Source: Girardia tigrina
Taxonomy: Eukaryota
NCBI GenBank assembly: GCA_001938485.1
Contig: MQRK01244698.1
Coordinates: 12,202 to 65,602, forward strand
Direction of reading: 5' to 3'
Length of the DNA: 53,401 nucleotides
This document shows positions 12,380 through 25,232 of this stretch, in pieces. Every line of letters starts with the position of its first letter. Position 1 is the stretch's first letter. The notes beneath the pieces were generated by a model that made no database searches, was not told the DNA's origin, and saw nothing but the letters and a program-made list of their open reading frames with translations. The position numbers were made by a program, and so were the translations under genes.

Positions 12380-12610
12380 TTACTCTTTATCAATTAAAAG
12401 CCAATCGATTTGAGTATACTTTCTGCTTTTCCAGTAGTCATATAGTTGTTGAAATGTAAAACAAGCAAGAAGTAAAGTTGCAATTAAACCAACAACTAAA
12501 ACGATAATAAGACTCATTTTCGTGAAATGATTAATCGTCTCTAATTCAAACGTGGTTCCACTTGTAACCAATTTTTCTTTTAGAGTTTCCTCTAAAATTA
12601 AATAATTCAT
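12380..12610 (-). CDS. Small single-pass membrane protein ORF, probably a Maverick-associated accessory gene
   Basis: 76-aa intronless ORF with hydrophobic segment LIIVLVVGLIATLLLACFTF, next to a penton remnant. Confidence 0.35.
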   Translation of the reverse strand: MNYLILEETLKEKLVTSGTTFELETINHFTKMSLIIVLVVGLIATLLLACFTFQQLYDYWKSRKYTQIDWLLIDKE

Positions 12611-12669
12611 TTAAAAATTATAAATTTAGATATTTAATTTATGTTGCTATAAAAAGGATTTACATAATT

Positions 12670-14551
12670 AATAGGGGGAAAATGAGAGTTTTACATCAAT
12701 CAATAATTTTTCCAATAATCTTGATTACCATGGAAACAGTAATGTCATTATGGCAACGGACTACGGTAACTAATGAAATTACTCGGTTACTATGGAAATC
12801 GGTACAGTAACCAACGAAAACGTGAAAAATGAAAAAATGTTTTGAACCATCTATCCAAACACATTTTAAAAGAGGTACTCGATCTGATCCAACCATTATT
12901 GGCTCTACAGTACTAGAATAGATATATATCTGATTGAAGGCATTATTAAATTTTATTTGGAATACGCCTTTATCATCTTTGAGATTGAATTCGGCTTTTG
13001 TAAAACCTAAAACCATTGCTAAATGTTTATCAAAAACAGCTTTCTGTTCATAATCTTGGAATTTGAATGATAGGAAATTATTTTCTTCCAATTCGATGGT
13101 CTTGAATACTTTTTGACATTGGGTTTTGAGATGACTTTCAACTTTCTCACAATTGTTTAGATTTATATCCTCTTTAAATACAAATGTTTCCAAATTGAGA
13201 CCATTAACCATATTAAATTTTATGGAAAGTGTTGTGTTCGAAACATCTTGTTCTAAAAGTTCATTAGAGGATTTTACTATAAATTCCTCTTTGAATTTTC
13301 TTTGAATATATTCTTTTTCGATTTGGTGAAAGGAACTATATGTTGTTTATGGTCATTGTAAAATTCTTCAAAACTAGTTCTGTACACTATCTAACATATT
13401 GGACATAAAATATTCTTGTGAAGAGAAATTGTATTTGTAGTATTGGATTTGTAGTATAAATGTGAATTCTAAAAAAAATATTTATTTACGGAGCTGAAAA
13501 AAAACTCACCATTTTCTTAACAGGATTTTGAAATAATGACAGGTGTCTGATTAGAAATTTAAAATATTGATTAAAATTCAAATTTCGTTAACATAATGAA
13601 TGCAATTCGTTGACATAATGAATGCATAGCAAGGGCATGTTGTTATGTTTGTTGTCTAGAAAGCCTATCCATGTTTTTAGTATATTATAGGTTTTTAATG
13701 GTTATGTATCATGGTTACGGTAACCATGGTACTTGTGATTGTTAATGGGGTACATTAGGCGATTCATGAGGTATTGTTTGATGGTAAATAACATACATAT
13801 ATCAAAGGGGTTTCAGATTTATACAAAAAAATCGATTTTTGAGCTCTTTTTAGAGAATTTCAGAAATGTTCGAAAAAATTGATTTATCAGCCCTTTTTCG
13901 AAAATATTGATGTGGAATCTGAATGTGAGTATATGGGTTTTTATACAAGTGCATCAGCACTTTTTTTGATATTTAAAAAAAACCTCTAAAATCGATGTGC
14001 ATTTTGTGTAAATTTGCACATTATTTTAATTATAGGAAAAAGTAACCAATATATAAAATTTCTAATTGCACATTCTGATAGAGAATTAAAATCTGCATCA
14101 AAAACATGATATCTATTTGTGACACTAGCACTTTTAAAAAATTTTATGAATTGATTTTGAACTTTTGCACATGTGCAACTTAAAAATCACTGCGCTAGCA
14201 CATTGAAAATGTGCGTCACAATGTGCATTATCGATTAACACTTAAAAAATATCGATTATCACATTTGTGCACTGTGCAGCAATTGATTAGTACTTTTTTC
14301 TACAGTTGCTATGGAAAAGGTCACAGTTGCTATGGATACGGTCACCGTTACCATGGTTACAACCACCTTAAATCACTGTATCTGTTGCTAATGAAAAATG
14401 TTTCTTGTTTGCCGTTGATATGGTAACTAAGACCTTGGTTAACGTTACCAAGTGAACCGGAACCGTTTCTAGGGTGATCAAAACCGTTGCCATGGCAATG
14501 GGTGACCCCCAAAGGGGGTCTTGTGGGGAGAATGCCCATTTTCCCCCTATT
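12670..14551. mobile_element. TIR-bounded non-autonomous DNA element or paired element ends, rich in GTT(G/A)C(C/T)ATGG motifs
   Basis: Perfect 15-bp inverted repeat AATAGGGGGAAAATG (12670-12684) / CATTTTCCCCCTATT (14537-14551). No TSD identified. Confidence 0.55.
12830..13400 (-). pseudogene. Maverick/Polinton (adintovirus-like) minor capsid (penton) gene fragment
   Basis: QIYIYSSTVEPIMVGSDRVPLLKCV matches the penton motif (F/Y)-I/V-Y-x-D/S-x-I/V-E-P-x-x-V-G-x-x-x-x-P-L-L-R/K. Preceded by HLAMVLGF (typical LAxxLGF). Confidence 0.7.
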
Positions 14552-15753
14552 TGCATCACTATAAATATTTATGAGTGTTTTAAGCTTCTCTCATTATTTA
14601 TATCACATGATAAAATTTTGAATTAATTTTAAAACTTTGTTATTTATGTAATAAAAATAAAATCTAATTAAATAAATTTTATTTAAAACTCCCTGCGTAT
14701 GACGCAAGCAGCTTAAAAGAGAAGGACAAAAAGATCATTCGGAAGACAATCAAATTACTTATCCATGAGGTCGAAATGCTGACAGTATCGAAGTCAAAGT
14801 GTATCAAATACCAGATCAAGACAAGTTAATTAAGAATGATAGAGAATTTAGGTGTAATGTTCTTTAAAATGAGATATTCAAAATGTAGAAATGAAATATA
14901 TGTATTAATGAGTGTTGGGGTTTTGAGAGATGCATATGAATACTTGATAAAATATTATGTAGAAAAAATTTAAAATAATTCTTTTGGTAAAATTATTAAT
15001 TTCAAACAGAATAATATTTAGTTTAACAAAATTTGGAATTGAAAATTAAAAATATTTTAGTCTTTGTTTTATTTGATCAATTTTCAAGGCTGATGAAAAC
15101 CACTATATAAACAGCAGCAAATTTAGTTTAGTTGGCCCAAAAATTCTCTTAACAAGAAAATAAAAACAAATGAGTCAAGTAAATTATAAAAATTTATTTT
15201 TATTCTTTAAAACATTTTTTTAAAACCAAAAGTATCCCGTATGGGAGAAAAGGGTTTGTATTAAACATTAAAACTATCGTTCGTTTTGGAGATTCAGTTT
15301 TTACTGTAATCTGTTAACTCGTACGAAATATTGATTTGTGTTTGTGTTCTATCATCAAAAATTGAATTATTATTATTATTTTTGACGTGTTAATTTTTGT
15401 TATTTGAAATAAAGTTTCATAAAAGAATTTGTGTTCATTATATAATATATTTATGTTGGAAGTCCTTACTGATTAATTAGAGTCAGATTAAAGATTAAAG
15501 ATTTGTTTTTAAAAAGTAAATATTTAAGATTAAAGATTTGAATACCCAACGTGAGACTTCAAAAAATAAACGTTATGTTTAAATCAAGGGAAATGAAGGG
15601 ACGAACGACTAGCCACCGAAAACCTACTAGTAATATATAATTTATAAAATATCTAATTATATAGCTTATTTTATTATTCTTCATTGAGAAGAAAGTTTAT
15701 CCATTGTTGCTTTATGATTTTTAAGCTTTCTTGTAAATAGTATTCATATTATA

Positions 15754-18700
15754 TTAAGCATTTCTAAACATCAAATATTGAATGTTAATTTTTTGAATTT
15801 TATTACTTTTATAGTTCTTCAAATGAATAACAGTGGAATTCACTTTAGCATTGATATTTTGCTGGCACTTCTCGATTTCAAAACACTGCATCAGTTTACA
15901 TTGCCAAAATTCAATTGATTCAATGTTAACGAAAGTGCAAATATCTAGAATCAAAATTACGACTGTAATTAAAAATTATTTATTAATAATATAGTAAAAT
16001 TCATATAAAATTTTAATTATTTTAAATTATAACTTTTGAGTTCTTGATCAAAAGACGTTATCATGAACACAAAACTTTATTTCTACCACAATTTGAGTTT
16101 TTTTAAACAAATATTTCCGAGGAACTTTTGCACTTTCTTTTTACACAGACCCATTATAAATAAGAATTGATATAAATATAGATATGGTTATTGTATTTTT
16201 TTACGAATTAAAATTCTATACTTTTTTTAAATAAAAAATTATAAAGTGAATTAAAATTTTGTCACAAAGATTTTGTCTCGTCTTTCATTAAATTTCAATT
16301 GTATTGTACCTTGAAATTTACCTGTTTCTCAATTAAATTTCCCAATTCTATACAATAGCATTTTTCATTTCGTTTTCATAATAAATTTAAAAATTACTTT
16401 GGATTTAATAATATTTGAAAATAGAATTTAAAATCGCAATTTCGTTTAAATTAACATTTTTTAAATTACCCCTTTTTTTACATAAAAAATAAAATTATAT
16501 TTCCATTAATAATTACGTTTTCCAAAATAAAATTAAAACCGCAGTTTCATTTAAATTGATTTAATTGTTTTACAATTATATTTTGATTCCAATTAAAATT
16601 TCCAAAAAATAAAATTATAGGGACATTTTTAATTTACTTCGATTTAATCGTGTAAAATAAAAGAAAGTTACAAAAATATTTTAGTTTACTTTTATTTCGC
16701 AAATAAAATATTAAACTTTATATTACTTTTGATTTTATTTCACTTAAATATTTTCATCAAATTTGAAATTAACTTTTTTACTTTATAATAAATCTTTTAA
16801 TAAATCTACCGTAAAATTTATTTTATTTCTTACATGAATTAATTTTTTACATTAAATTTCTGAAAATCTTATTTTAACATATCTATAACAATATTTTACG
16901 GAATGTAATTGTTTAATTATTAATTTGATAAGATTGTAACTTCAAAAATTTTATGAACTCAACAACGCTCCCAACAATGACTTTAAAATAAAAACAATCA
17001 TCAAATTCTTTGAGTTTCTTTTTAATAATAATAATTCAAATTTAATCAAATAAAGTAATAATATTTCTTAATTTTACTTAATTTTTTAAGCAAACGAATA
17101 TATTTTTCGACATTTTTATTAATAAAGTTGAATTGTCTGTTAAACATGATTTCTTTTGATTTGTTTTATCACTAGTGGATAAATCTGTTTGTTCGGGATG
17201 CTTTATCTCAAAGGAAGGTTTTAAAGTTAAATAAGCAACAGAATCGTGAGAAACCATTTGATTTATAGAATATTTCTGTATTAATTTTACATCTGCAGCT
17301 GTTAAATTATTATTTGTCCCTGTACAGCATCTATAGGAGCAAACCCAATCACTATATCAATGGGAAAAACAATAATTCGCAAAATTATTTATAAATAATT
17401 TCTTTTCGTTGGACAAATTCAAATATTCATCGCAAATCAATAGATCTCAAGGATTTAACGATTCACAGATTCCACATTTCCACTGATCGGTCTCTTTCGA
17501 ATTTGTTGAGATAATTACGACATTATCACCTCCATCGATATTTATATTGTGACTACTATAGAAGCTGAACGAATCTCTAAATTTTCGATATTCATCTAAG
17601 TTCAATTTCAGCGCATTTTTCTCTTGATTATATATATGTATTTTTTTGATTATATATTTTTCTCTATCTTTAGTAATTTATATCAACTAATGAGTGAAGA
17701 TAATGTTTCGACTGTTTCTCTGATCGTATTACCAGCGATCATTGTAGATTTTGCACAAAATCGATTATACGTGTTTTGAATTCAAATTTCAAAAAAAACA
17801 AAAGGAACATCTCTAAATTTATTTTATATTAAAATTGTGACACATAATTTATTAATTATCTTGACCAAACAAACTTCAAGGTCCCAGTTACAATTAAAAA
17901 AACAATTTTTTTCAATCAATTTCACTTTACATTTTTATAATTATATGTATATATATATATTTATTTTTTATGAATCCGCAACATTTTCCTCAAGATAATC
18001 ATTAACAAACCTCTCGTAGGTTTACATCGTTTTAAATTGAAATCCGTATCCAATTTTATCTGAAGAAATTTGTCACTTAAATATTTGTCAGGGATTTCAT
18101 TGACCGATGTAAAATGAATATTAATTTTTTTCAAAAATAAAATTATTTGGATATATTTAAAATTTCAAATTAAATATATTAAACATATTTAATTAAAAAC
18201 CAAGTTAAACATTAACACTAGAAGGACGACACATTTGAACTACCTAAAAGGACGGATGTGGTCATTTTGACCACATACATAACTATTAATGATTTTTCTT
18301 CTCATTTTTTATTTTTACTTACAGAACTGTGTCAAGTCAATAATTCGATTAAATGTGGGATATATAGTCATTTCCAGGATCACACACACGTATATTATGG
18401 AGGGGTAGTACTACATTAGATGTTATTTTTCGTTATTGGCAAATCCAACTTTTGAGTCCGATAAGCAAAAAATTTTAAACTATTATTCATTATAGATACC
18501 CACTTTTGAAAATGAAAGTATAAATTTTCGAGAAAAAAGTTATTTGATTTTTTGATTAATACAGGTCCTCAATTATATGAATAACATGATTCGTTACTTA
18601 TTGTTGTCAAATTATTTTTATTGATCCACGAATGAAATTTAATTTTCAAACATTTATTGATTATTGAAGTTTTATCAAGCTTAGCTATACATAAAGTATT

Positions 18701-21700
18701 CACATTTTTGCTCTTATTATAGGCATAGATAGATCATATGCACAATCATTATTTATTCCATGCCTCGTCGTCACATACCAGTTCAGTAATATGTTGAGAA
18801 GAGCGAGTCATCAAGGGTAGATGAAATCATGCCATTGAGAGAGAGAATAAAGCGTGGAATTCTACCAACCAAGGGAAGTGGATGCGGTCTGTTGGAAGCA
18901 AATTCAAGCCTCATGGGTGTAGTTCCTGGTCGTGGTCTGTTATTAAAGAAAGCATCAAGTGGCGAGGGTGGAATTCTTGGACGTGGCCTTTCATCAAAGA
19001 AAACATCATGCGAAAAACGAGGAATTCTTGGAATGGAAGCTGACGGACGTGAAAGAAGATCAGCTGCGACAAAAGCCTTAAGCTCACTATGGAATATAAA
19101 GGATGATGAGTCAGGGGACGATGATCTTAGCACAGATAATAGCTGTGAAGAAAACGTATATAAATCAGACAGTAGTGATTTGAAGAGAATGATGAAAGTG
19201 TGGACGATAGCGACTCGTGTTTAGAAGAGATAATTTTCACAGAGGAAATGCAAGGGAAAGATGGAACACTCTGTTAATCGGTTGCTATGAATGACGGAGT
19301 GAGTGATAAAATCCCAGGTTACAATGTTTTCACTGGAAAAAGTGGATGCACACTCAAAAACAAGGAGTTCTATCAATTCTTCTGACGAATACAGTGCTTT
19401 TAATATTTTATTTGATGACAGCATGCTGCGTCACGTTTCAAAATGCACAGAGAGAGATGCACAAAGACGACTTGGAGCTGACACTTGGAGAATTTCAATT
19501 GGCGAATTACAAACATTTATTGACTTGCTGTTCATTCGCGGTGCATGTTGTGCCTCCAACATTCCACTAACCAAATTGTGGAACAGGAATTGGGGAATGG
19601 CAATTTTTTTCTTCAACCATGTCACGCAATCGATTCAAGCATATAATACAATATCTACGTTTGATGACAAATCTACACGAGGCGAAAGATTGAGAATGAT
19701 AAGTTTATCATGATTTCATGGCTTTATGATCGATCTATAGAAAATTGTCAATCTGCTTTCTATCCAGGCGTGGAGCTTACGATCGATGAACAACTCTTGC
19801 CTAGCAAATTCTGCTGTCCGTTCATACAATATATGGCCAATAAGTCTGACAAGTTTGGAATAAAATTTGGGCTCTTATGTAATACAGCAACTAAGTACGT
19901 ATTGAATGCTCAACCGTACTTGGGAAAAGATAACTTCAGACCACCCAACAAACAACTTAGTCATCACGTAACAACGGAGCTAATCAGACCGTATGTAGGC
20001 AAAGGACACAACCTAACAGCGGATAACTTTCTCACCTCCTTAGCTCTCGCGAAGGAGTTAAAGGCAAAGCGAACTACTCTTGTTGGGACTTGTCGATGGA
20101 CCAGACGTGAAATACCAAATGCAATCCACACCATGCATTGTAAAATGAAGAGGTATGACTCTCTCTTATTTTGTGACCAGTCTCAAACAGCAACACTTAC
20201 ACTGTACAAATCAAAACCGAAAAAGGCAGTCCTTCTAAGGTGTGTCCACTAAAAAAGTGCACAGGTTTTAAAACAATCATAACTTTTTAATGTAATATTA
20301 TATAATTTCATAAATTTGGAATTTAAATATTTATTTTAATAGGTTAGAAATAGTAAAGCAGGTATTTAAAATTTTTGGTTTAATATGTTTTATTTTAGAG
20401 ACAATTATAATGATTTCAAAACGACATGAAGATATAATCAATTTTTTCAAAACGCACAGTAAAAGTGAGACTGTGACAAAGTTAACTGGCATTCATTTTT
20501 CCAGAAGAGGTATATAAGCAATAATACAACGCTATGAGAAGACCGGCAGCATTGAAAGAAAAGTAGAAAGTGGAAGGAAACCTGTTAAAATGACGTCAGA
20601 CAAAAGGAAGAGACTTCTGCAGCGTGAAACTTTGACTGTTGGACAAAGTGTGAGAAAGTTAGGTAGAGAAATGAATGTTTCAAAGTCTTACGTGCATAAG
20701 ATGCTCAAGACTAAAAACATAGTGTTTCAAAAGAGGAAAGAAGCCCCAAAAGTTATTCCGACACAGATTATTCGCCAGAAAGCCAGGTTGCAAAATCTCG
20801 CTAATATTGTTGTGGAAAAGACCAAAATCGACTTTGTACTTGATGATGAGTCATATTTTACACTCACCGGAGCAATGACATCGGGTTATTATGTGGACCA
20901 AAAGAAGTTCGGTGATGTACCTGATAATATTCGCCTTAAATTTCGAGAGATATTCACAGTAAAAGTTTTGATTTTGGCAACTGTTTCCAGACGAGGCATT
21001 TCAAACCTGTACATCAGCAAATGGAAATCTGTAGCTTCTAATTCGGATATTTATATCTTCGAGTGCTTAATGAAGCGTTTGCTTCCTTATCTGAATGAGA
21101 AATACCCAGCTGGTCACTTCATCCTCCGGCTAGATCTTGCTTCTTGTCACTACGCCAAAGCAAGTCTGAAGTGCTTAGAGGACAACAAAATTCCATTTGT
21201 CAAAAAAGATTCGAATCCACCTTGTGCTCCCCAAATACGCCCAATTGAAAAGTTTTGGGCTCATTTAAAGGAGAAGGTGTATGAAAATGGTTGGACTGCC
21301 GATTCTGAAGACCAGTTGATTCGCAGAGTCAAACTAAAGCAAAGCATTTTAACAATTTATATTTTAGGACATTATTTGCAAATTTTAGACAAAGAATAAT
21401 GCTTGCTAACTCTTATGGCCTTAATAGTTTGATATAATAAAATAGTTATTGTGTTATTATGATCTAGTCTTTGTTCAGATTTCCGTCAATTTGAAGGTCT
21501 AATTAAAAAGTTATGATGGTTTTAAAACTTGTGCACTTTTTTAGTGGACACACCTTACTCAGTTTTGTATTGTCAAAAAAAGAGGAAAAAGCTCTTGCTC
21601 TTGTTTTGAAATATTGTAGGGATTATGGGTTACCGATTGATCGTGCTGACTTGAAAATGATGTTTCGAGAATATTGAATTCTAAAGATCAAAAATGGTCC

Positions 21701-24700
21701 AGGAAATGACTTTCTGAAATCATTTGAAACGCGATGGTTTCATCGATTACGAAAATGCAAGCCAGAAGTAATTACCCTTGATCAACGGCAAGAATATATA
21801 TTTGCTATACTAGAAGATTTTTTGTGTCGCGTTAAGCAACTTTATGACCAAATATTCTTTGCATGACAAGCCAGAGCGGATATCCAATGTCGATGAAAGT
21901 GGATTCACGACAGATGAAAACTCAACTGCTTGCTTTTATCGGAGAGGTACTCGGAATTCTAATATTATCAATCCTACTGGCAGAAAAACAATGTTCACCG
22001 TTCTTTTTTGTGGAAATGCCTTAATGTTCTTCCTTCCTTCGTTTCAAGGCTACAAATCTTCATATTACGTGGAGTCAAGTGGGACCCCGAAAAACCGCTT
22101 ATACTGTAACCAAATCATGATGGATGGAGATACTTCATTTTGCAAATGGATGGAAAAAATAAATTGTGAATTTTTCTGTAACAAGAAATATCAAAAGATG
22201 CACGTGACTTTTAGGTCTTTATAAGGAATGAATTGGATCTATTTATGAATACACAGGTGGTTTAGTTTATGGATGGGATCGCAGTCATACAAGCTACAAA
22301 ACTGTGAAACTGGCAATGGATAATTATGTAAGAAAACCTTTTGTCAAAGAAATTTGTAAAATGCATTCTGAACCTTACTAACTTTAGACAATCATGCAAC
22401 GTTTGCTCAAAATACTTCCTTTGCTCTCCAACCACATGACGTCGGTTTTTTTTGGTTCAGTCAAAATACTTTTGGAAAAGGTTTTGCATCAGAAGAACAG
22501 AGAATCAGGGCTAAAAAGGAGGAAAAGACTGTATATTCAACTCTTCTGGCCCGATAATGGAAAAAATCAAGGCCGATAACTTATGATAGATGCTAAAAGT
22601 TATCAATCAGAATCTGCAGAAGATGCCTCCATACTTTTTGTTTAATAGACAAAAATGTAAAACACAGTCTAAAATTGTCCTAACCTATCAGTCATATGGA
22701 TGGAAGAGACATTCCAAAATCAACAAAAAATCAACAAAAATAGTTTATAAACATCATAAAATCGAATACAACTATTTATTATTTTGCAAATTGATAATAA
22801 TGTAGCAATAATTATTTTATTTGAACAAATATGATACATAATATCCAATATTTAATTACATCCCACTATATTCTCAAGATCAAATTACAAGATGTTTAAG
22901 GTGTTTCCGTACCAGTTTTGGTAGTTTCGTAGAATCTTAAACTATTTTTTATTGTAAAATCATAGTTCAATCTTGTATATAACTCTTTTTTAATTGCTCT
23001 GGCAAGCTGTGAATGAACAACATTGTACAAAAGGAATCAATCGGATCATGATCTCCAACCTCAGTCTTGATCCTTGTTTGATTTCACTCGCTGAAACATC
23101 AAATCGATCACGTGGTAGAATTTCTTTTTTACAAAACTGTAGCCACGCATCTAATTTACCTAAATTGATAGCACAACGCAATTCGCTTTTAATTTCCTTG
23201 ATATTAAGGTGAGTCATAAGTTGTGGGGCACTCTTTCCAAAGTAATTATCTTTAATTACAACATGAATTGTCGAATCGATATTAATTGAATTTGTATATC
23301 GTAATAAAGCTCATAAACTGAAGTTTCAGTATTTGTAAGAAAATCATGATTTTATGTTCATTCTAATTTATTAAACATTTTAGAAAATTATGGAAAAATT
23401 TGAAATTAGAATACTTTTGAATTTTTTCTGGAAAAAAGGTCTGAGTTCAAAGTGTATCACTCCCTCAAAGTTCCAAGGGCTGCCGTAAAGGAAATTTCCC
23501 AAGTTGAAGGGGAGGGCTTTGTCTCCAAATCTTCGGCAGCAAGATGGTTTAAAAAATTTAACGAAGGTGACATAAGCCTCGAGGATCAAGNNNNNNNNNN
23601 NNNNNNNNNNNNNNNNNNNNNNNNNNNNNNNNNNNNNNNNNNNNNNNNNNNNNNNNNNNNNNNNNNNNNNNNNNNNNNNNNNNNNNNNNNNNNNNNNNNN
23701 NNNNNNNNNNNNNNNNNNNNNNNNNNNNNNNNNNNNNNNNNNNNNNNNNNNNNNNNNNNNNNNNNNNNNNNNNNNNNNNNNNNNNNNNNNNNNNNNNNNN
23801 NNNNNNNNNNNNNNNNNNNNNNNNNNNNNNNNNNNNNNNNNNNNNNNNNNNNNNNNNNNNNNNNNNNNNNNNNNNNNNNNNNNNNNNNNNNNNNNNNNNN
23901 NNNNNNNNNNNNNNNNNNNNNNNNNNNNNNNNNNNNNNNNNNNNNNNNNNNNNNNNNNNNNNNNNNNNNNNNNNNNNNNNNNNNNNNNNNNNNNNNNNNN
24001 NNNNNNNNNNNNNNNNNNNNNNNNNNNNNNNNNNNNNNNNNNNNNNNNNNNNNNNNNNNNNNNNNNNNNNNNNNNNNNNNNNNNNNNNNNNNNNNNNNNN
24101 NNNNNNNNNNNNNNNNNNNNNNNNNNNNNNNNNNNNNNNNNNNNNNNNNNNNNNNNNNNNNNNNNNNNNNNNNNNNNNNNNNNNNNNNNNNNNNNNNNNN
24201 NNNNNNNNNNNNNNNNNNNNNNNNNNNNNNNNNNNNNNNNNNNNNNNNNNNNNNNNNNNNNNNNNNNNNNNNNNNNNNNNNNNNNNNNNNNNNNNNNNNN
24301 NNNNNNNNNNNNNNNNNNNNNNNNNNNNNNNNNNNNNNNNNNNNNNNNNNNNNNNNNNNNNNNNNNNNNNNNNNNNNNNNNNNNNNNNNNNNNNNNNNNN
24401 NNNNNNNNNNNNNNNNNNNNNNNNNNNNNNNNNNACAATGTATTGAACATAATGGACTTTATTTCGAATCATAATCTTTATTGTGCGTTGCTTTATGAAC
24501 ATTTTAATTTTTAATAAAAAGTGCCCCACAACTTATGACTCACCCTAATATTTCTTTGATAATTTGACAATAACCCCTGCACGTGCCAAATAACAGACCA
24601 CCTAACGTCATAAACAGATTTGGAACCTTTTTCTCTAATTCCGCATCTGTGGAGAACTCAATTTTGTCAATCAAACGCTAGACATTCTCTCCATCATCGA

Positions 24701-25232
24701 TTTGTTCGAAATTCTTAATTCCTTTCATTGTCACGATAGCTTATTACAAATCGATTATGAGACGTTTAAAAGAAATTTATTTATATCTAAAATATCTGTT
24801 TTATTTAAACAAATATAAATATTTTCAACAAATATTCAATAGTCAATATTTAATTATAGAGAGTGGGTAAAAAATTTTTTTTAATAAAGTATTAATTAAG
24901 TAATTAATTCTTAATGACATTATATCAATATTTAAATTAACTTTCTTAAGCAGAAAATTTTTAATTTTACCAATTTTGCAACATTTAGATATGCACATTT
25001 GTATCGCATTTTGTTCCGAATTTTCTTTGGAAAAATTAAATGTTTTGAAAATGTTCCAATGGGAATTGTTGGCTGATGTTATATTTTCATAAGAAATAGT
25101 TGAGTTTGAATAAGACTTAATGATTTCACAGCTCGACAGAGAATCCGATTCTTTGGAAAGATTAAGAATAAGATAGAAAATAAATATCCAAGTAAGACGA
25201 TTATTGAGGAAATATAAAATACAGTCAGACAT
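15754..25232 (-). CDS. Secreted MANEC/MANSC-domain protein: exon 1 25232-24971, ~9-kb intron, exon 2 from 15944
   Basis: Exon 1 has a signal-peptide-like N-terminus and ends QMCISKCCKI+G|GTAAAA (phase 1). Exon 2 after TTCTAG completes D-ICTFVNIESIEFWQCKLMQCFEIEKC. The join gives C-x3-CC-x3-C...C-x4-C-x5-C counting Cys-to-Cys offsets, the MANSC cysteine pattern of KIAA0319/HAI-1/LRP11. The 3' end is uncertain: stop at 15754, or a further 43-nt intron. Confidence 0.75.
17085..17800 (-). pseudogene. Pseudogene fragment with RanBP2-type zinc-finger-like motifs, nested in the MANEC intron
   Basis: One long frame with four stops, containing QWKCGICESLNP*DLLICDE and DWVCSYRCCTGTNN. Confidence 0.4.
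18216..20237 (+). mobile_element. piggyBac-family element, 5' part with frameshifted transposase
   Basis: TTAA at 18212-18215 followed by a CACTAGAAG terminus. Catalytic motifs LTIDEQLLP, QYMANKSDKFGIK and LTADNFLTS. KAVLL|LS continues for a few bases after the DD37E insertion. Confidence 0.9.
20238..21555 (+). mobile_element. Full-length ITmD37E (DD37E) Tc1/mariner transposon, transposase 20410-21400 inactivated
   Basis: ~54-bp near-perfect TIRs (AGGTGTGTCCACTAAAAAAGTGCACA...). TA TSD at 20236-37 and 21556-57. Triad VLDDESY / LDLASCHY / RPIEKFW with 37 residues between D2 and E. In-frame TAA near 20516 and a C-terminal frameshift. Confidence 0.93.
21565..22600 (+). mobile_element. Degenerate pogo/Fot1-like transposase (CENP-B HTH + DDE_1)
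   Basis: LSKKEEKAL..YGLPI..GPGNDFLKSF, ISNVDESGF, FMDG and LQPHDVGFFG motifs. Confidence 0.8.
22990..24830 (-). mobile_element. Ty3/gypsy remnant: short LTR (24830-24742), atypical PBS (24741-24730), gag remnant interrupted by a mariner
   Basis: TGTTG...TGTAATA LTR, then AGCTATCGTGAC and ATG at 24728. gag-like MKGIKNFEQIDDGENV..IKSELRCAINLGKLDAWLQF, the same gag type as at 1678, 29461 and 36509. Confidence 0.65.
23204..24548 (+). mobile_element. mariner transposon (centre in assembly gap)
   Basis: TIRs TTA(A/G)GGTGAGTCATAAGTTGTGGGGCAC with TA TSDs at 23202-03 and 24549-50. N-terminus MEKFEIRILL..ARWFKKFNEGDISLED and C-terminus QCIEHNGLYF. Confidence 0.93.

Noticed and set aside
15595-15631. 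Possible Helitron 3' end (CTAG-T)
   Set aside because: No convincing subterminal hairpin and no Rep/helicase remnant.
17085-17800. Repeated in-frame TGA as evidence of stop-codon reassignment or selenocysteine
   Set aside because: A TAA is also in frame, and intact genes in the window show no internal TGA; a pseudogene is simpler.
23380-24529. Long ORFs of 323-356 aa in the ORF track (also 8156-8374 and 49238-49546)
   Set aside because: Artefacts of N runs.
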